A program made the translations under genes and the position numbers. The notes beneath the pieces are model-generated. The model did no database searches, was not told where the DNA came from, and saw nothing but the letters and a program-made list of their open reading frames with translations. Positions 1 through 8,877 of a DNA stretch of 64,000 bases are shown here, one piece after another. The stretch spans positions 10,283 to 74,282 of IMG/VR virus record IMGVR_UViG_3300044655_000639; one strand, given 5' to 3'. Positions within the stretch are counted from its first letter, which is position 1. Each line of letters opens with the position of its first letter. This stretch comes from a virus.

Positions 1-239
1 CCAATCTTATGGAAGATCATATCTAAGGATTCTCTCATGGCAGGAGTAAGTCTGCTGAAGTTGTTAGAGTGCTTAATGAAAGCATCTTTCAATGCCTGAG
101 TAAGTGCTGCATGACCTGAGAACTTACCATAACGGTTTCCTCTTTCTAGTAGAATATCTTCTACACCTATATACTGTTTTTCTAATGATGGTGACATTAC
201 TGCGTCTCCTCCTCCGTGATCTGAAAATGCTAATGACAT
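1..239 (-). CDS. Partial ORF (runs off the left edge), DUF6378-like protein
   Basis: Hand translation MSLAFSD...VEDILLERGNRYGKFSGHAALTQALK...RESLDMIFHKIG matches the LxERGxxYG...LDMIxHKI pattern of DUF6378. AAGGAG RBS; alternative start at 197. Confidence 0.6.
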   Translation of the reverse strand, partial: MSLAFSDHGGGDAVMSPSLEKQYIGVEDILLERGNRYGKFSGHAALTQALKDAFIKHSNNFSRLTPAMRESLDMIFHKI

Positions 240-241
240 AC

Positions 242-412
242 TTAATCTCCTTTAGGTAAGTCTGGTGCAGAGTCAATAATGACCTGCATAGCTTTAAAGT
301 ATATGCCTTTGTATTGTTCATTCAGTTTAGCAAGTGCTTCAGCTTTCACTGTAGCAGATGCTTCTGATGTAGCAATAGCATCATACTTCTTACTGTATTC
401 TTTTGGTGTCAT
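242..412 (-). CDS. Small hypothetical protein (56 aa)
   Basis: ATG overlaps the nrdB stop (ATGA); MTPKEYSKKYDAIA...PDLPKGD. Not in the ORF track. Confidence 0.55.
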   Translation of the reverse strand: MTPKEYSKKYDAIATSEASATVKAEALAKLNEQYKGIYFKAMQVIIDSAPDLPKGD

Positions 413-1434
413 ACACTACTCCATTTACTATAATCTATATCTTCCCAGTCACCATCTACGGCTTTGCTGTATGTTGTTACACGACCACTGAAGAAATCAG
501 TTAAGACAGTACCAACAACATCATCCATGTATGGTAATGGGTTGACAGTAGTATTATAGTTAGGTTTCATACCAAGTTCCTTTAAAGCAATATCAGCACG
601 ATACTGAATGTAACGCTTCAAGTCACTATTAGCAATGTGGGCATAATCAAAGTAATCTACCAGAGCTTCTTCATATGCTACCATCTCACGGATACCCTGA
701 TAGATATCATACTTCAACTCATCATCCCAAATATCAGGATTCTCAGCTATGAATGTACGGAACAAGTGGCAGTTACCAATGAAGTGCATATTCTCTTCAC
801 GAATACTATACTCTACTATGGTACAAAGACCAGGGTATTTCCCAGAGAACTGATACTTAAGGAGTGCTGCAAACTGTGCCATGAGAGAGATACCTTCAGC
901 ACCTCCAGCATAGATGGCAAGCATACGAGCTACATCTCTACGGAATACTTTATCGAGAGCAAGCTCTGATAAGTTCATAGCCTTGTATTCTTCGTACTTC
1001 TTGACCTTAGCTTTCTCAAGGTAATCAGCTTTAGAAGCCATAACAGGTATATCAAGGAAGTCCTGATAGATACTGTTAGGAAGCCCTATGGTCTCAGTGA
1101 ATAGAGAGTAGTTCTCAATGTGAGTAAACTCTCTAGCCATGAAGTTCGATAGCATAGCCTGTACCTCAATAGGTTTGAAGATACGAAGTAAGACTGCATA
1201 GCCATTCTCAACTGATACTTCCTGCTGAGTGAATAGTCTCATGGTACGAGTGATGTCATCCTTCTCTTTAGGAGAAGCTCTATCAAAGTCCTGAATGTCT
1301 TTAGCTAGTGATATGATATCAGCAGTCCAGTGAGCACGATCATGTTCTTTGTAATAATTCCAAAATTTAGGATAGCGAAAGCCTTTAGAAGACTTGAATG
1401 TGGGAATACCATTAATGTGAATGAGTGTACTCAT
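409..1434 (-). CDS. nrdB: Ribonucleotide reductase class Ia beta subunit
   Basis: W...DI start region, EFTHIENY (ExxH plus radical Tyr), EG...F, REENMH di-iron motifs, and C-terminal DFF..RVT.Y; adjacent to nrdA. Confidence 0.95.
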   Translation of the reverse strand: MSTLIHINGIPTFKSSKGFRYPKFWNYYKEHDRAHWTADIISLAKDIQDFDRASPKEKDDITRTMRLFTQQEVSVENGYAVLLRIFKPIEVQAMLSNFMAREFTHIENYSLFTETIGLPNSIYQDFLDIPVMASKADYLEKAKVKKYEEYKAMNLSELALDKVFRRDVARMLAIYAGGAEGISLMAQFAALLKYQFSGKYPGLCTIVEYSIREENMHFIGNCHLFRTFIAENPDIWDDELKYDIYQGIREMVAYEEALVDYFDYAHIANSDLKRYIQYRADIALKELGMKPNYNTTVNPLPYMDDVVGTVLTDFFSGRVTTYSKAVDGDWEDIDYSKWSSV

Positions 1435-1598
1435 AAGTATTCTCCTATACTAAAGTATAATTGGTTTAGGTCATGTGCAGACATAAACCATACATATGAA
1501 TCTATATCTGAATAATGCTCCATAGCATCTCCCATAGACTCAAACTCACCTAAATAAGATATCTTACAATCTTCAGTAAATGCATAGTATTTATTCAT
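1431..1598 (-). CDS. Small hypothetical protein (55 aa)
   Basis: Fills the nrdA-nrdB gap with ATGA-type overlaps at both ends; MNKYYAFTEDCK...FSIGEYL. Confidence 0.55.
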   Translation of the reverse strand: MNKYYAFTEDCKISYLGEFESMGDAMEHYSDIDSYVWFMSAHDLNQLYFSIGEYL

Positions 1599-3397
1599 GT
1601 ACAGCCTAAGCAGGTATCAGACATCATATCTATTTCCTTATGTTGTATTTGTTTACGTTCACCTGATGCAGTAGAAGCTGATACTCCTGCAGTAGAACGG
1701 ACGTAGTATAGTGACTTGATCTTCTTCCTCCAAGCAAGAATGTGAAGGTCTGAGATGAACTGTACAGATGATCCTGCTGGTATGAAGATGTTCAGTGACT
1801 GTCCCTGATCAATGAGAGCAGAACGATCTCCAGCAAACTCTAGCAGCCAACGCTGATCTAACTCAAAAGCAGTCTTGAATACATCCTTAATATTCTGTGG
1901 CATCCAATCTAGATGCTGTACAGAACCACTGTTCTTCTTAATGGAGTCCCACTGCTGAGATTCCCAAGCACTAGGATATCCTTCTCCTGCCTCATTAAAG
2001 AAGTCAGAGATATACTGTTCAAGATACTTATTCTTAATAGCAAAAGATCCCTGCTTAACCTTCTTAGTGAAAGCATTAGTGACCCAAGGCTCAATACCAG
2101 ATGAAGTAACACCACACAATGATGAGATACTCATGGTAGGAGCAATAGCAGTAACGTGAATGTTACGTTTCAATGTTCCATTACGATCAGACATAGGGCA
2201 CTTATGACCTCCTACATGTAAGCTAGCAATCTCATCATTATGATTATCAGCTGATTCCTTAATCATACTGAAGATCTTCATGTTAAGACCTTTAGCAATA
2301 GAGGATTCCCAAGGAATAAGCTTAGACTGTAGAAGTGAATGGAAGCCCATTACTCCAAGTCCGATACTTCTTTCGTCAATGGCTCCTGCTCTAGCTCGCT
2401 CGAATCCACTGAGATGCTCAGTACGGTTGATGAAGTCTTGAAGTACGTTGTCAAGATAATCAGAACAATCAGCAATGAACTGATCAAAACAATGTTGGTA
2501 CTCATCCCAATACTCAAGATTAATGCTACCAAGACAACAAACTCCACTATGGTTATCGTCAGTACGAAGCGTAATCTCAGTACAGAGGTTAGATGTTGTA
2601 ACTTTGATGTTTTCATTCTTATATTCCTCTGGTGCTAAGTCATTGACAGTATCAATGAATAGTAGATAAGGTTCTCCTGTAGTAATACGAGCCTCTAGGA
2701 TCTGAGACCATAGCTTACGAGCTGATACAGTACGAACTACTGCTCCAGTCTTTGGTGATAATAAATTCCAGTTGTAATCATTCAAGACACAATGCATGAA
2801 GTCATCAGAGATAACCACACCATGATGGAGATTAGGAGTTCTACGGCTACTGTCACCAGTCTCCTTACGGATATCAATGAACTCCTCAATCTCAGGATGT
2901 GAGATATCAAGGTATGTAGCTTCAGAAGCTCTACGAAGACCTCCCTGACTGATGGCAAGAGTACTACGGTCTGAGATACCTAAGAATGGTATGAGTCCAG
3001 AAGACTTTCCACCATGAGGTCCTACAGATTCATTGACTGAACGTACCTTAGACCAGTCAGTACCAATACCTCCACCATAAGCACCAAGGTTAAATGCTTC
3101 ATTATAGTTCTGGAAGATGGAGGGTTTATTGTCAGCAACACTCTTAGTGAAGCATGATATAGGAAGTCCTCTATCAGTACCAGCGTTAGATGAAATAGGC
3201 GTTGAACCATGCCACCAGTAATTTTTTAAATATATAGCCATACGATCAGCATGTTCTGTATCGTTGGCATAAGCATTGCTTACTCTATGTACCCATTGAT
3301 CATAATCTTCGTTGGGTAAAAAATAAGTTTCTTTATACAATGCTTTGGAAAAGTCAGGTAAGCCTGACCAACTTCTACTATGTAATAGCTGTAACAT
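1595..3397 (-). CDS. nrdA: Ribonucleotide reductase class Ia alpha subunit (no ATP-cone)
   Basis: STP..SNAG, PISCF, GGGIG, TSNLCTEI, CCLGSINL, APTMSIS, DQGQSLN, KSLYY motifs and C-terminal CxxC (CLGC). Confidence 0.96.
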   Translation of the reverse strand: MLQLLHSRSWSGLPDFSKALYKETYFLPNEDYDQWVHRVSNAYANDTEHADRMAIYLKNYWWHGSTPISSNAGTDRGLPISCFTKSVADNKPSIFQNYNEAFNLGAYGGGIGTDWSKVRSVNESVGPHGGKSSGLIPFLGISDRSTLAISQGGLRRASEATYLDISHPEIEEFIDIRKETGDSSRRTPNLHHGVVISDDFMHCVLNDYNWNLLSPKTGAVVRTVSARKLWSQILEARITTGEPYLLFIDTVNDLAPEEYKNENIKVTTSNLCTEITLRTDDNHSGVCCLGSINLEYWDEYQHCFDQFIADCSDYLDNVLQDFINRTEHLSGFERARAGAIDERSIGLGVMGFHSLLQSKLIPWESSIAKGLNMKIFSMIKESADNHNDEIASLHVGGHKCPMSDRNGTLKRNIHVTAIAPTMSISSLCGVTSSGIEPWVTNAFTKKVKQGSFAIKNKYLEQYISDFFNEAGEGYPSAWESQQWDSIKKNSGSVQHLDWMPQNIKDVFKTAFELDQRWLLEFAGDRSALIDQGQSLNIFIPAGSSVQFISDLHILAWRKKIKSLYYVRSTAGVSASTASGERKQIQHKEIDMMSDTCLGCT

Positions 3398-3863
3398 CTG
3401 TACACCTTTTTGAATGAATTTTTCTATGACAGTTGCTGCATACTAAGATACACTTATCTACTTCAGTCTTCCAACTTTCAAAAGGAGACATATCTATCTT
3501 CTTATGAATTCCAAACTCTTTAGTAGAAGGGTCTAGATGATGAAAGTCAAATGGTGCAAAGCACTCATCCTCATAGTTACAAATAGAGCAAGCTATCTTT
3601 CCACCTAAATGCTCTTTAATCTTTAGCACATTGGCTGAATAGTAGTTAGCTCTTCTATTCCTATTTGTCTCTCTCTCACGTTCTCTATACCCATCTTTTC
3701 CATTATTTCGTGTAGGAATAGTAGTATCTTTTTTACATTGCTTACACATAGGTCTAAATTTCTTTGATCCTGCTGTGTATCTACTGTATCTTATAAATGT
3801 GTCTAAGGCATCTGTATAACTATCTGACTCTTTACCACATCTATTACACTTTATATAGCACAT
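3378..3863 (-). CDS. HNH homing endonuclease
   Basis: CxxC zinc pairs and C-terminal CSIC...FDFHHLDP..K.F...E.DKCILVCSNCHRKIH; own TAGTATAAT -10 element at 3891-3899. Confidence 0.85.
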   Translation of the reverse strand: MCYIKCNRCGKESDSYTDALDTFIRYSRYTAGSKKFRPMCKQCKKDTTIPTRNNGKDGYRERERETNRNRRANYYSANVLKIKEHLGGKIACSICNYEDECFAPFDFHHLDPSTKEFGIHKKIDMSPFESWKTEVDKCILVCSNCHRKIHSKRCTDVTAIT

Positions 3864-3909
3864 ATGTATCCTTTAAAATTAAGATACTGTATTATACTAT
3901 AAAATGGTT

Positions 3910-3975
3910 TCATACACAATAGCTGGTGAAACCATTTAAAGCTGGTAATGAATTCCAGTCTCTACTCATCTGCAT
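3910..3975 (-). pseudogene. Remnant of the former nrdA 5' end (21-codon stub)
   Basis: MQMSRDWNSLPA resembles the current nrdA N-terminus (SRSWSGLPD); GAGGA RBS; lies just upstream of the HNH gene. Confidence 0.55.
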
Positions 3976-4258
3976 GTCCTCTACTGAATGATGGTCCAGT
4001 CTTGAATGGATCAGGACGAGGAACAGCTACTGAAGGTAATACTGGTGCTTCCATCTTCATAGCAACAAACATATTGGCAGGCTCTGCTACAGTAGTAATA
4101 GGATCTAGTGTTACCTCCATACGAGTACCAGCACCGAGGTCCCCACGACCAACAGTAAGCTTAGTACTAATATTGAAACGGTCAGTACTGAAGCCTTGCT
4201 CCTTGAGCCAAAGTAGTACAGCCTCATCGAATTCCTTTGTGTTAAGTGTGATAGTCAT
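3962..4258 (-). CDS. Conserved N4-like hypothetical protein
   Basis: MTITLNTKEFDEAV...TVGRG pattern recalls a small gene found near SSB in N4-like phages. Confidence 0.55.
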   Translation of the reverse strand: MTITLNTKEFDEAVLLWLKEQGFSTDRFNISTKLTVGRGDLGAGTRMEVTLDPITTVAEPANMFVAMKMEAPVLPSVAVPRPDPFKTGPSFSRGHADE

Positions 4259-4365
4259 AGTTATACTCCAATGTGACGTAATACTTTACGTTTAGTGATA
4301 CTAGCAATAATGCTAATGATGGTAGAGATAAGCACTCTCCATGCAAATTTAATAAAGAGAGCCAT

Positions 4366-4560
4366 TTAGACTCCTTCTACTAATACATAACCTTCTTCAA
4401 AAGAAGCTTTAGGAGACCAACTAGCATAGTCATGTGAGTATACTACATGATATCCAGGTTCATCTGTAAGAGACTCATCTCTTACTAGATTCAAAGCTTG
4501 TGCTTCAAAACGTGTCATAGGTTCAGCTGTAACAATTTTAGTACATTTATATGTTTTCAT
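4366..4560 (-). CDS. Conserved phage protein (KxYxxTKxVxAEPMT...GYxVxY..Y.SWSPK..FEE.Y family)
   Basis: Widespread small phage domain recognised from the motif; function unknown. Confidence 0.7.
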   Translation of the reverse strand: MKTYKCTKIVTAEPMTRFEAQALNLVRDESLTDEPGYHVVYSHDYASWSPKASFEEGYVLVEGV

Positions 4561-4731
4561 CTACTCTCCCTTGTCTGCTGCTAATAGCTCTGCTTTAGCT
4601 GCTGTAGCAATCTTTTTCATCTGATTGATGAGATCACGTAAACGCTTAGATGATGCCTTAGTAGGCTTAGAAGCATATAGTGATACTTCTGACTGATACT
4701 TCGATACGAGTGTGTTGAATTGTTCTAACAT
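4561..4731 (-). CDS. Small basic helical protein, Hc1/histone-H1-like (56 aa)
   Basis: MLEQFNTLVSKYQSEVSLYASKPTKASSKRLRDLINQMKKIATAAKAELLAADKGE; AAGGA RBS. Not in the ORF track. Confidence 0.5.
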   Translation of the reverse strand: MLEQFNTLVSKYQSEVSLYASKPTKASSKRLRDLINQMKKIATAAKAELLAADKGE

Positions 4732-4739
4732 GGTGATCC

Positions 4740-4916
4740 TTAGATTTGGTTGTGTTCTGCCCAGTAGGACAGCTCATCATATAAAGCTCTAGCAATAGTA
4801 GGATCAATGTCCTTCAATGCCTGGGCAACTAGGTGTGAATTCTCAAATGTAATAGTAGTAGCAATGATGCAAGGATCTACATCAAAAGCATCTATTGCTT
4901 CTGATACGAGTTCCAT
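4740..4916 (-). CDS. Small hypothetical protein (58 aa)
   Basis: ATG overlaps the SSB stop; MELVSEAIDAFDVD...AEHNQI. Confidence 0.5.
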   Translation of the reverse strand: MELVSEAIDAFDVDPCIIATTITFENSHLVAQALKDIDPTIARALYDELSYWAEHNQI

Positions 4917-5599
4917 TATTTCTTACCGAATGATGGTTTACCGAAAGATGCTTTAGGTGCTGCTTTGGTAGTAGATGCTGGAGCTGATCCAGAGTCACGT
5001 CCACCAGCAATCCATGCAGTTATAGCTTCTTCAGTTAGACCATCTTTGTATGTTACATTCTCAGCATAAGCCAAGTCTTTAGCAAGTTTGACACCAGCTT
5101 CTGTCTCATTGAGGATCTCTTCTGCTGAAGCACCAGAGTCTGTATAGAATGCTTTGATTACTTTCTTCTCAGAGATCTGTCCTGCTTTAGCGTAACCTTC
5201 TGGAACTACTGAGTATTCCATCTGTACACGCATCTTCAGTTCGATGTCCTGGAAGTCAGGAAGGATAGCTACTTCTTTCATAGCTCCTGCTTTACCGATA
5301 GGAAGCTCTGCTTCTTCTGGGTCACTGATGTCTTCAATTCCACAGACTACTGCTAGCTTGCTGAATAGACTTGCTTGGAAGTTAGGTGTACCATCGTTGT
5401 TATCAAGACGGATAGCACCATACATTACTTGAGCTGTACCATTGTTATCTACAAATAGATTGAGAGTACGAGCGCCTTTATCGTTGATATCAACGATGAT
5501 GTTCTTGAGTGTCACATCATAGATGCCTGACTTATTGATTGTGTTGCTACCGCCTTCGTTCTTAGCAGCTGCTGCTACGTCTACTTTAAAAAATGCCAT
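4916..5599 (-). CDS. ssb: N4-like single-stranded DNA-binding protein
   Basis: SGIYDVTLK..., G..tAEEI motif, and a basic/aromatic C-tail (SFGKPSFGKK) like N4 gp45; syntenic with AAA, exonuclease and primase genes. Confidence 0.75.
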   Translation of the reverse strand: MAFFKVDVAAAAKNEGGSNTINKSGIYDVTLKNIIVDINDKGARTLNLFVDNNGTAQVMYGAIRLDNNDGTPNFQASLFSKLAVVCGIEDISDPEEAELPIGKAGAMKEVAILPDFQDIELKMRVQMEYSVVPEGYAKAGQISEKKVIKAFYTDSGASAEEILNETEAGVKLAKDLAYAENVTYKDGLTEEAITAWIAGGRDSGSAPASTTKAAPKASFGKPSFGKK

Positions 5600-5657
5600 T
5601 GTATATTTCCTTATATGTTCTGAGTGGGTAACATCCCGTACTCTAAGATACTATGTA

Positions 5658-5852
5658 TCAACTATTTTTTAATACTTTTAAGCATACTGCTTTTGTGTCT
5701 AGATAAGTGGATGGTGTTCTTTGAACTTTATGAATAAGCTTACTAGCCTCTTTACACTCTTGTACAGTACTAAACTTTTCTAATAAGGTTTGTTCTGTAT
5801 CATAGGTGGATAGTCTAATAATCAAGAGCCATTCATACATTAAAATGACCAC
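5658..5852 (-). CDS. Hypothetical protein
   Basis: ORF in the operon; probable start at the second Met (MYEW). Confidence 0.5.
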   Translation of the reverse strand: MVILMYEWLLIIRLSTYDTEQTLLEKFSTVQECKEASKLIHKVQRTPSTYLDTKAVCLKVLKNS

Positions 5853-6610
5853 TCAGCTAGATCTGTCTGCTGCGATAAGAGAAGATCAATGTGAGCTTTA
5901 AGCGAGAAGTACTCTTCACCTTCTTTTAAGGACTTGCTTTTAGACGGGTCTACTGTGTTGGCTACATACATCTTATCTGGAAGATCAATGATAGCTGTAC
6001 GAGCTTGCTTGTCTTCACCTCTCATATATACTGCACGATGTTTCAGCTCAGAGACAAGAGTGATAGATTCATTGACCGTACTGTAAAAGCCACCTTTCTC
6101 AAGGAACTTACCAGATCCAAATGAGATATAGTTACCAGTGGTCTTACCATCAGCTTTCTCTTCAATAACATGATTGAGTAAGATGACAGAGATACCATTG
6201 AGTTCTAATGTTTCATGAATGAAGCTGGTAAGGATAGCCATCTCTTTAGTGACTTCAGCTCCCTGACTTCCATAGACGTTAGGCTTCTGTGAGGCTTTAT
6301 CAATGACATCCATGAAGATTTGAGATACTGAATCAATAGCAACAATCTCTGGATATGAACCAAAGCGTTCATTGAACAGTTCTAGTTTATCCATGATACC
6401 ATCAATGTGAGTCTTCTCCCCATCTACTGTGATGTTACCTCCAAAGCAGAGAGTCTTCATATCATAGAATGTATCTACAAGCATATGAGGTACTTTCAAT
6501 GAGAAAGACTTAGCATCTCTAGATACAACGAATGATTCTTTTCCTAGGGTACGTAGAAGGTCTGTCTTACCAGCTCCTGCTTTACCATTGATTAGTAATT
6601 TAACTGCCAT
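5840..6610 (-). CDS. AAA_24/Sak4-like ATPase (N4 gp44-like)
   Basis: Walker A GKAGAGKT and Walker B VAIDS; lies between exonuclease and SSB. Confidence 0.8.
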   Translation of the reverse strand: MAVKLLINGKAGAGKTDLLRTLGKESFVVSRDAKSFSLKVPHMLVDTFYDMKTLCFGGNITVDGEKTHIDGIMDKLELFNERFGSYPEIVAIDSVSQIFMDVIDKASQKPNVYGSQGAEVTKEMAILTSFIHETLELNGISVILLNHVIEEKADGKTTGNYISFGSGKFLEKGGFYSTVNESITLVSELKHRAVYMRGEDKQARTAIIDLPDKMYVANTVDPSKSKSLKEGEEYFSLKAHIDLLLSQQTDLAEWSF

Positions 6611-7412
6611 TAGTATTTTCCTTTAGTGACATAGATTTGAATATGATGTGTGTGAGTTCTGGGTAAGAACGGACTGCTATGATAGATTCAGCAATAAGCA
6701 TGATAGTATCCTCAATGAGCTTCCAATCATCTTCTGTGATGACTTCTGTTAATACTGTAACTCTAGGTGGTGTTAATTTACCACATTCCTTTCCTGTCTT
6801 TTCAGATATGTATCTTCCATCAATAGGACGGTTAACATATACAAGACGTATTCTGTTAATGGGGATGCCATTGTAGCGAAACATGAAAGCATACGCAAGA
6901 GCTTGGATCTTATAATCAAATGAGATCTTAGTAGGCTCAGTAGCACTGCTGTATGTCTTGTAGTCTATGATGGTATCACCTGTACGATTGTCACAAGTAC
7001 CACCAATGTAGATGTCATCAAAGATAGGACACCATAGAGATCGTTCTACTTCAGTAGGTTTATTGTGACGAATGTAGTCATTGATAAGAGTCATAGCCAT
7101 ATCAGGATAAGCATTACGGATAACGTCAAGCTGTATAGCATCTTCTGTGAGAGGTTGCTTCTTAGCAGTCTCAGTGATGTACTCTTCTACCATCTCACGA
7201 GTGAAAGGTTCTTTCTTTACGTAGGCTTCTGCTGCTGCATGCATACATGTTCCTAGTACTGTAGAAGTAGAAGCAGTGAATGACTTCTCTCCTAATACGT
7301 TGTCCTTATACCATACCGAAGGGTATGAAAAGAACTTGCCTATAGATGAAGGACTGATCTTGAAGGATGCTTCAGGAATGTCTAGCTTAGTGTATGTGAA
7401 AATGTCATGCAT
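6600..7412 (-). CDS. PD-(D/E)XK exonuclease
   Basis: ISPSSI...LGTCMH...GGTCD...IIDYKT...Q..AY motifs. Confidence 0.85.
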   Translation of the reverse strand: MHDIFTYTKLDIPEASFKISPSSIGKFFSYPSVWYKDNVLGEKSFTASTSTVLGTCMHAAAEAYVKKEPFTREMVEEYITETAKKQPLTEDAIQLDVIRNAYPDMAMTLINDYIRHNKPTEVERSLWCPIFDDIYIGGTCDNRTGDTIIDYKTYSSATEPTKISFDYKIQALAYAFMFRYNGIPINRIRLVYVNRPIDGRYISEKTGKECGKLTPPRVTVLTEVITEDDWKLIEDTIMLIAESIIAVRSYPELTHIIFKSMSLKENTNGS

Positions 7413-7939
7413 TATTCTCCTTTGTGTTTGGGTTGAATACGTGGATGTACAATACCCTTCTTTACAGTACCACCAAGATGGTAGATCATAGCAGTTACTG
7501 AAGCTTCTGTACGATCAGGAAATAGTTCTCTGATCATATCGAATGTACGATCAATACCATAATACTTCCCAGTCATAAATATACGATTGGTAAGCATTTC
7601 TTTGTCCCTAATACTCCATCTAACAGAAGTGTGTTCTTCTCTAGTAGTATCGGCAGGATAGTCATGTGTACGTATTACTTCTATAGCAGTATTGTATGCT
7701 TCAGTATGGTCGTCAGGTGGGCATACCCACTCAATGAAAACTTCCTTATCACCACACTTCTTACGTAGTTCTGTGAGTTCAGATACCATGCTATTACATT
7801 CTGTATTAATATCATGGTACTTCTTAGTAAGTGTATCTATCGCAGTATTCAATTCAGCAATACGTTCTTTGTATTCTGCAATGTCATCTCGCATATCCAT
7901 ATAGTGATGAGCTTCCTCGTCTACAAGTATAATCTTCAT
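7412..7939 (-). CDS. Hypothetical coiled-coil protein
   Basis: N-terminal heptad pattern; translationally coupled to neighbours. Confidence 0.6.
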   Translation of the reverse strand: MKIILVDEEAHHYMDMRDDIAEYKERIAELNTAIDTLTKKYHDINTECNSMVSELTELRKKCGDKEVFIEWVCPPDDHTEAYNTAIEVIRTHDYPADTTREEHTSVRWSIRDKEMLTNRIFMTGKYYGIDRTFDMIRELFPDRTEASVTAMIYHLGGTVKKGIVHPRIQPKHKGE

Positions 7940-8133
7940 TTGATTTCCTTTATTTTCATAATTGTTTCATCAATCCCGTACTCTTCTGCTACTCTATCAA
8001 ATTCTCTAAGACTGAAATCTCCAGCAGTACCACCATCATTAGCATGATACACTGTATACTCCAACTCACCATCTGAGTTCTCAAATCCTATGATGACTTT
8101 TTCATCATCATATGCTATATACGTTTTAGACAT
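7936..8133 (-). CDS. Hypothetical protein
   Basis: AAGGA RBS; in operon. Confidence 0.6.
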   Translation of the reverse strand: MSKTYIAYDDEKVIIGFENSDGELEYTVYHANDGGTAGDFSLREFDRVAEEYGIDETIMKIKEIK

Positions 8134-8142
8134 GGTATTCCT

Positions 8143-8577
8143 TTATTGTAAATTATCACGGTAGAATTTACCGAGAATGTTAATGTTGAGATACTTCTCA
8201 TCCTCAATAGCATTAAGACAGAAGAGAGCTTTACACTCCATATAGGTGAGTTCTCTTTTAGATATACAAAATGCTAATATTGTTTTCCGTAGTATAGTCT
8301 TCCCTTTAGTAAGGTCAGAAGATCCTTTGTATGATTTCCAGTTGTTCTCTTTACGCATAACATCAAACTGTACTCTCTTGCCTTTTATGTTACGACCAAT
8401 ACGATACAATGCTTCTGGTCTAACAACCCCTGACTTCAATGCTGGAAGATGAGTCTCAGAATAACATTGTTTTTTGCCAAGATACATAGTACCATCATCA
8501 TACTCTATCTGATAAATGAAACCATAAGTGTTCTCTGGTAGAGACTCTACAGGCTGATCCTCATATGTCCAAGTCAT
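8143..8577 (-). CDS. GIY-YIG superfamily (Seg-like) endonuclease
   Basis: GFIYQI...YLGKK...W.SY.GSS...E...L...Y.N.NI.G motifs. Confidence 0.75.
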   Translation of the reverse strand: MTWTYEDQPVESLPENTYGFIYQIEYDDGTMYLGKKQCYSETHLPALKSGVVRPEALYRIGRNIKGKRVQFDVMRKENNWKSYKGSSDLTKGKTILRKTILAFCISKRELTYMECKALFCLNAIEDEKYLNINILGKFYRDNLQ

Positions 8578-8867
8578 AATGGTGTGATCTGTGCTGTACG
8601 AGTCTCAAGCACTTCCTTCGTCTTAACTGATAGTACTAGTTCTCTCAGTAGCAGTCCATTATGAAATGAACGGAATACTAATACGTCTGTAAAGCCTCTG
8701 TACTCTGATAGTTCCTTACGAGTAACTGATCTAGTGCAGAGATGATGAGAGTTCTTAGAGGATGTGCCTACTAATACTTTCTCATGGTTGGTGTTCTTAG
8801 CACCATATGATTTAGAAGACTTATAGATACAAGCCTCTACATCAATCCAGATGGGATACTGTTGCAT
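8574..8867 (-). CDS. Hypothetical protein
   Basis: AAGGA RBS; coupled to neighbours. Confidence 0.6.
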   Translation of the reverse strand: MQQYPIWIDVEACIYKSSKSYGAKNTNHEKVLVGTSSKNSHHLCTRSVTRKELSEYRGFTDVLVFRSFHNGLLLRELVLSVKTKEVLETRTAQITPL

Positions 8868-8877
8868 TATCGTTCCT

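Noticed and set aside
1595-3863. Group I intron or intein in nrdA
   Set aside because: nrdA is continuous with all motifs in one frame, and the HNH is free-standing upstream.
6600-7412. Cas4/CRISPR association
   Set aside because: It lacks the Cas4 four-Cys cluster pattern, no repeat-spacer array was seen, and the context is a phage recombination module.
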